In this document: piece by piece, positions 62,501-64,000 of the stretch
How the letters are laid out: the number at the start of each line of letters is the position of its first letter
Position numbering within the stretch: position 1 is the first letter of the stretch
Source: Bilabrum cf. latius
Lineage: Eukaryota
Direction: 5' to 3'
Length of the DNA stretch: 64,000 nucleotides
Assembly (NCBI GenBank): GCA_965178125.1
Contig: OZ237762.1
Span: forward strand, 248,001-312,000
Notes under the pieces: model-generated
Told to the model about the DNA's origin: nothing
The model's input: only the letters and a program-made list of their open reading frames with translations
Database searches by the model: none
Program-made: the position numbers and the translations under genes

Positions 62501-64000
62501 CTGCACATGTGCTCGAGCGCCGCACCCACAGGCACGCACCTTCGATCCGCCGCCAGCAGCCCAGCCACCACCCGAGCGCTACCCCCGCCGTCTCGCCGCC
62601 TTATAAACCCTGGGCCAGGCCCCGACCCGCCTGTAAATTCGCGTCCACTGTGCCCACCCCCCAACCGGTCTGGCCATGCCAATGCAAAGCACCGGGGAAC
62701 AAATCCAAGCCGAAAGCAGTCTCCTGCGCGCTGCAGCACGGGGTTGGCAGAGCCCCCGTCCACGGCATCCAGCCCCTCCCCACTACCGGACACCCAATCA
62801 GCCGCAGCGCGGCCCAGCGCGGCGCTGATGACCCGCCCGATCAAGCCCGCATCGGGCATGGCACACCCGTTGGACAGCTCCTCCGCGATCGCCCGCCGCT
62901 GCGCAATGGACAGCACAGACCCACCAGCGCCCGTTCTCCCGCCCCGGCCTATGCTATGCCCCCGCCCTTCTCCCCTTCCTTTCCCTCTCCCTCTCGCCCG
63001 CCTCTCCTGCAGCGTCATGCCACAGGCCTCCCAGGGCCGCCAGCTAGACAATAGCGCCATCGATTCCTTCTCTTCACCTCCCCCGACACCGCTATGGTTG
63101 CCCCCGACCCCGACGCCGCCAGCAGCAGCATCACCCGCGCGCCCCCCAATGGGGGCAAGGGGCACGCAGTTGGCAGCAGCAACGGAAGGTCCCTTTGTCT
63201 CCAGCAGTGCAGCGGAGAGCAAGCCGTCTCCTTGCAGGACCGTGTGACGAGTTGCGACCAAGTGGTCGAGCAGGTGCCCGGGACCCACGCACAGCTGCCA
63301 CACCCTGGACAGCAGCAGCGACTCGATCCGCCTCGTGCAGAGGTCCACGCTCAGAGAGTGCCAGGCCCCCTGCTCCGCCAGCGCGCCCACGGCTTCCAAT
63401 ATGAGCTCCGAGTCCGTCCCGAGCTGCCGCCGCAGAACCGCGACGCCTGTCTTGCTTTCGTCTCCGTCCTCCCCCTCCTCTGCTTCATCGTTGTCCTCAC
63501 CAGCGGGAGCCCCCCTCCCCTGCGCCAGCACCAGCCCGCCGCCTCCCATGCCACCTGACCCCGCTCGCGACGACACCCGCCGGAGGTGCAGCAGCAGCTC
63601 CTCGGAGCTCGCACTCGTCACACCATGATCCCCCGGTCCATCAAGTTCGGCGCGCACCCCGTCCACCCCGGCACCCTCTCCACCCACGCCTGCCCCATCG
63701 GCCCCGCTGCCCCAGCCCCCGCTTGTCTCCGTCGCCACCCGAAGCAGGTTGGATATCTTGCCCAGACGAAGCACCCTCTTGGCCAGCCCGACGGGCATGA
63801 GCGCGTGGGGGATGTTGGCCGGCTGCAGGGCAAACGCAGATGTCCACGCTCTCTCGCTGCTCACTCGCGGGGCCCAGCCAGGGCGAGCGCGCACGAAGAA
63901 AATACCGGTCGTAGAGGCCATCGAGGCGGCGACCTGGTCTCCAGACCCGGCAAACCAGCTGATATCCGATGCGGGCAGCTGTCCTAGTGCCATCCAGCCC
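59575..64000 (-). CDS. Gamma-tubulin complex component (GCP/Spc97-Spc98 family, GCP4-like), 5'-truncated, with large low-complexity insertions
   Basis: IPH.LMP..LA.RVL.LGK, LL.HL.A.RH..LQGDG.L, YQV.WPL.L.V, FLQVDVV.A, F.EL*.AH.EY and terminal RVNANGWL. TAG at 61795, 60109 and 59716; TGA at 59575. Confidence 0.75.

Noticed and set aside
1-64000. Genes with internal TAG being pseudogenes or sequencing errors
   Set aside because: The interruptions are exclusively TAG, with no frameshifts or internal TAA/TGA, and they affect many essential genes at Gln-conserved sites.
1-64000. Ciliate-type code (UAA and UAG both Gln) or pyrrolysine/selenocysteine recoding
   Set aside because: TAA occurs only as a terminator. 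TAG falls at Gln columns, in poly-Gln runs and in tandem, not at special catalytic sites.

Overview
This is a gene-dense, GC-rich eukaryotic nuclear segment with short GT-AG introns and about 22 protein genes. Ciliary genes (DLEC1/CFAP81-like, MAK/ICK kinase, ARL GTPase) point to a flagellated protist. The main result is a non-standard nuclear genetic code in which TAG (UAG) is read as glutamine while TAA and TGA remain stops. About 90 in-frame TAGs (manual count) interrupt 18 genes, several at conserved Gln positions (MAK IMY*ILQG, ZNF207 EH*RSRHFKC, NEMF VT*LGLDR, TMEM184 RCR*VVL). Read this way, every gene ends in TGA (18) or TAA (4), and the ORF-track fragments join into full genes, including a ~3,950-aa DLEC1-like protein with an 11.6-kb exon. 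No tRNA, rRNA, CRISPR array or mobile element was recognised. Gene models and family calls were made by eye, without database searches.
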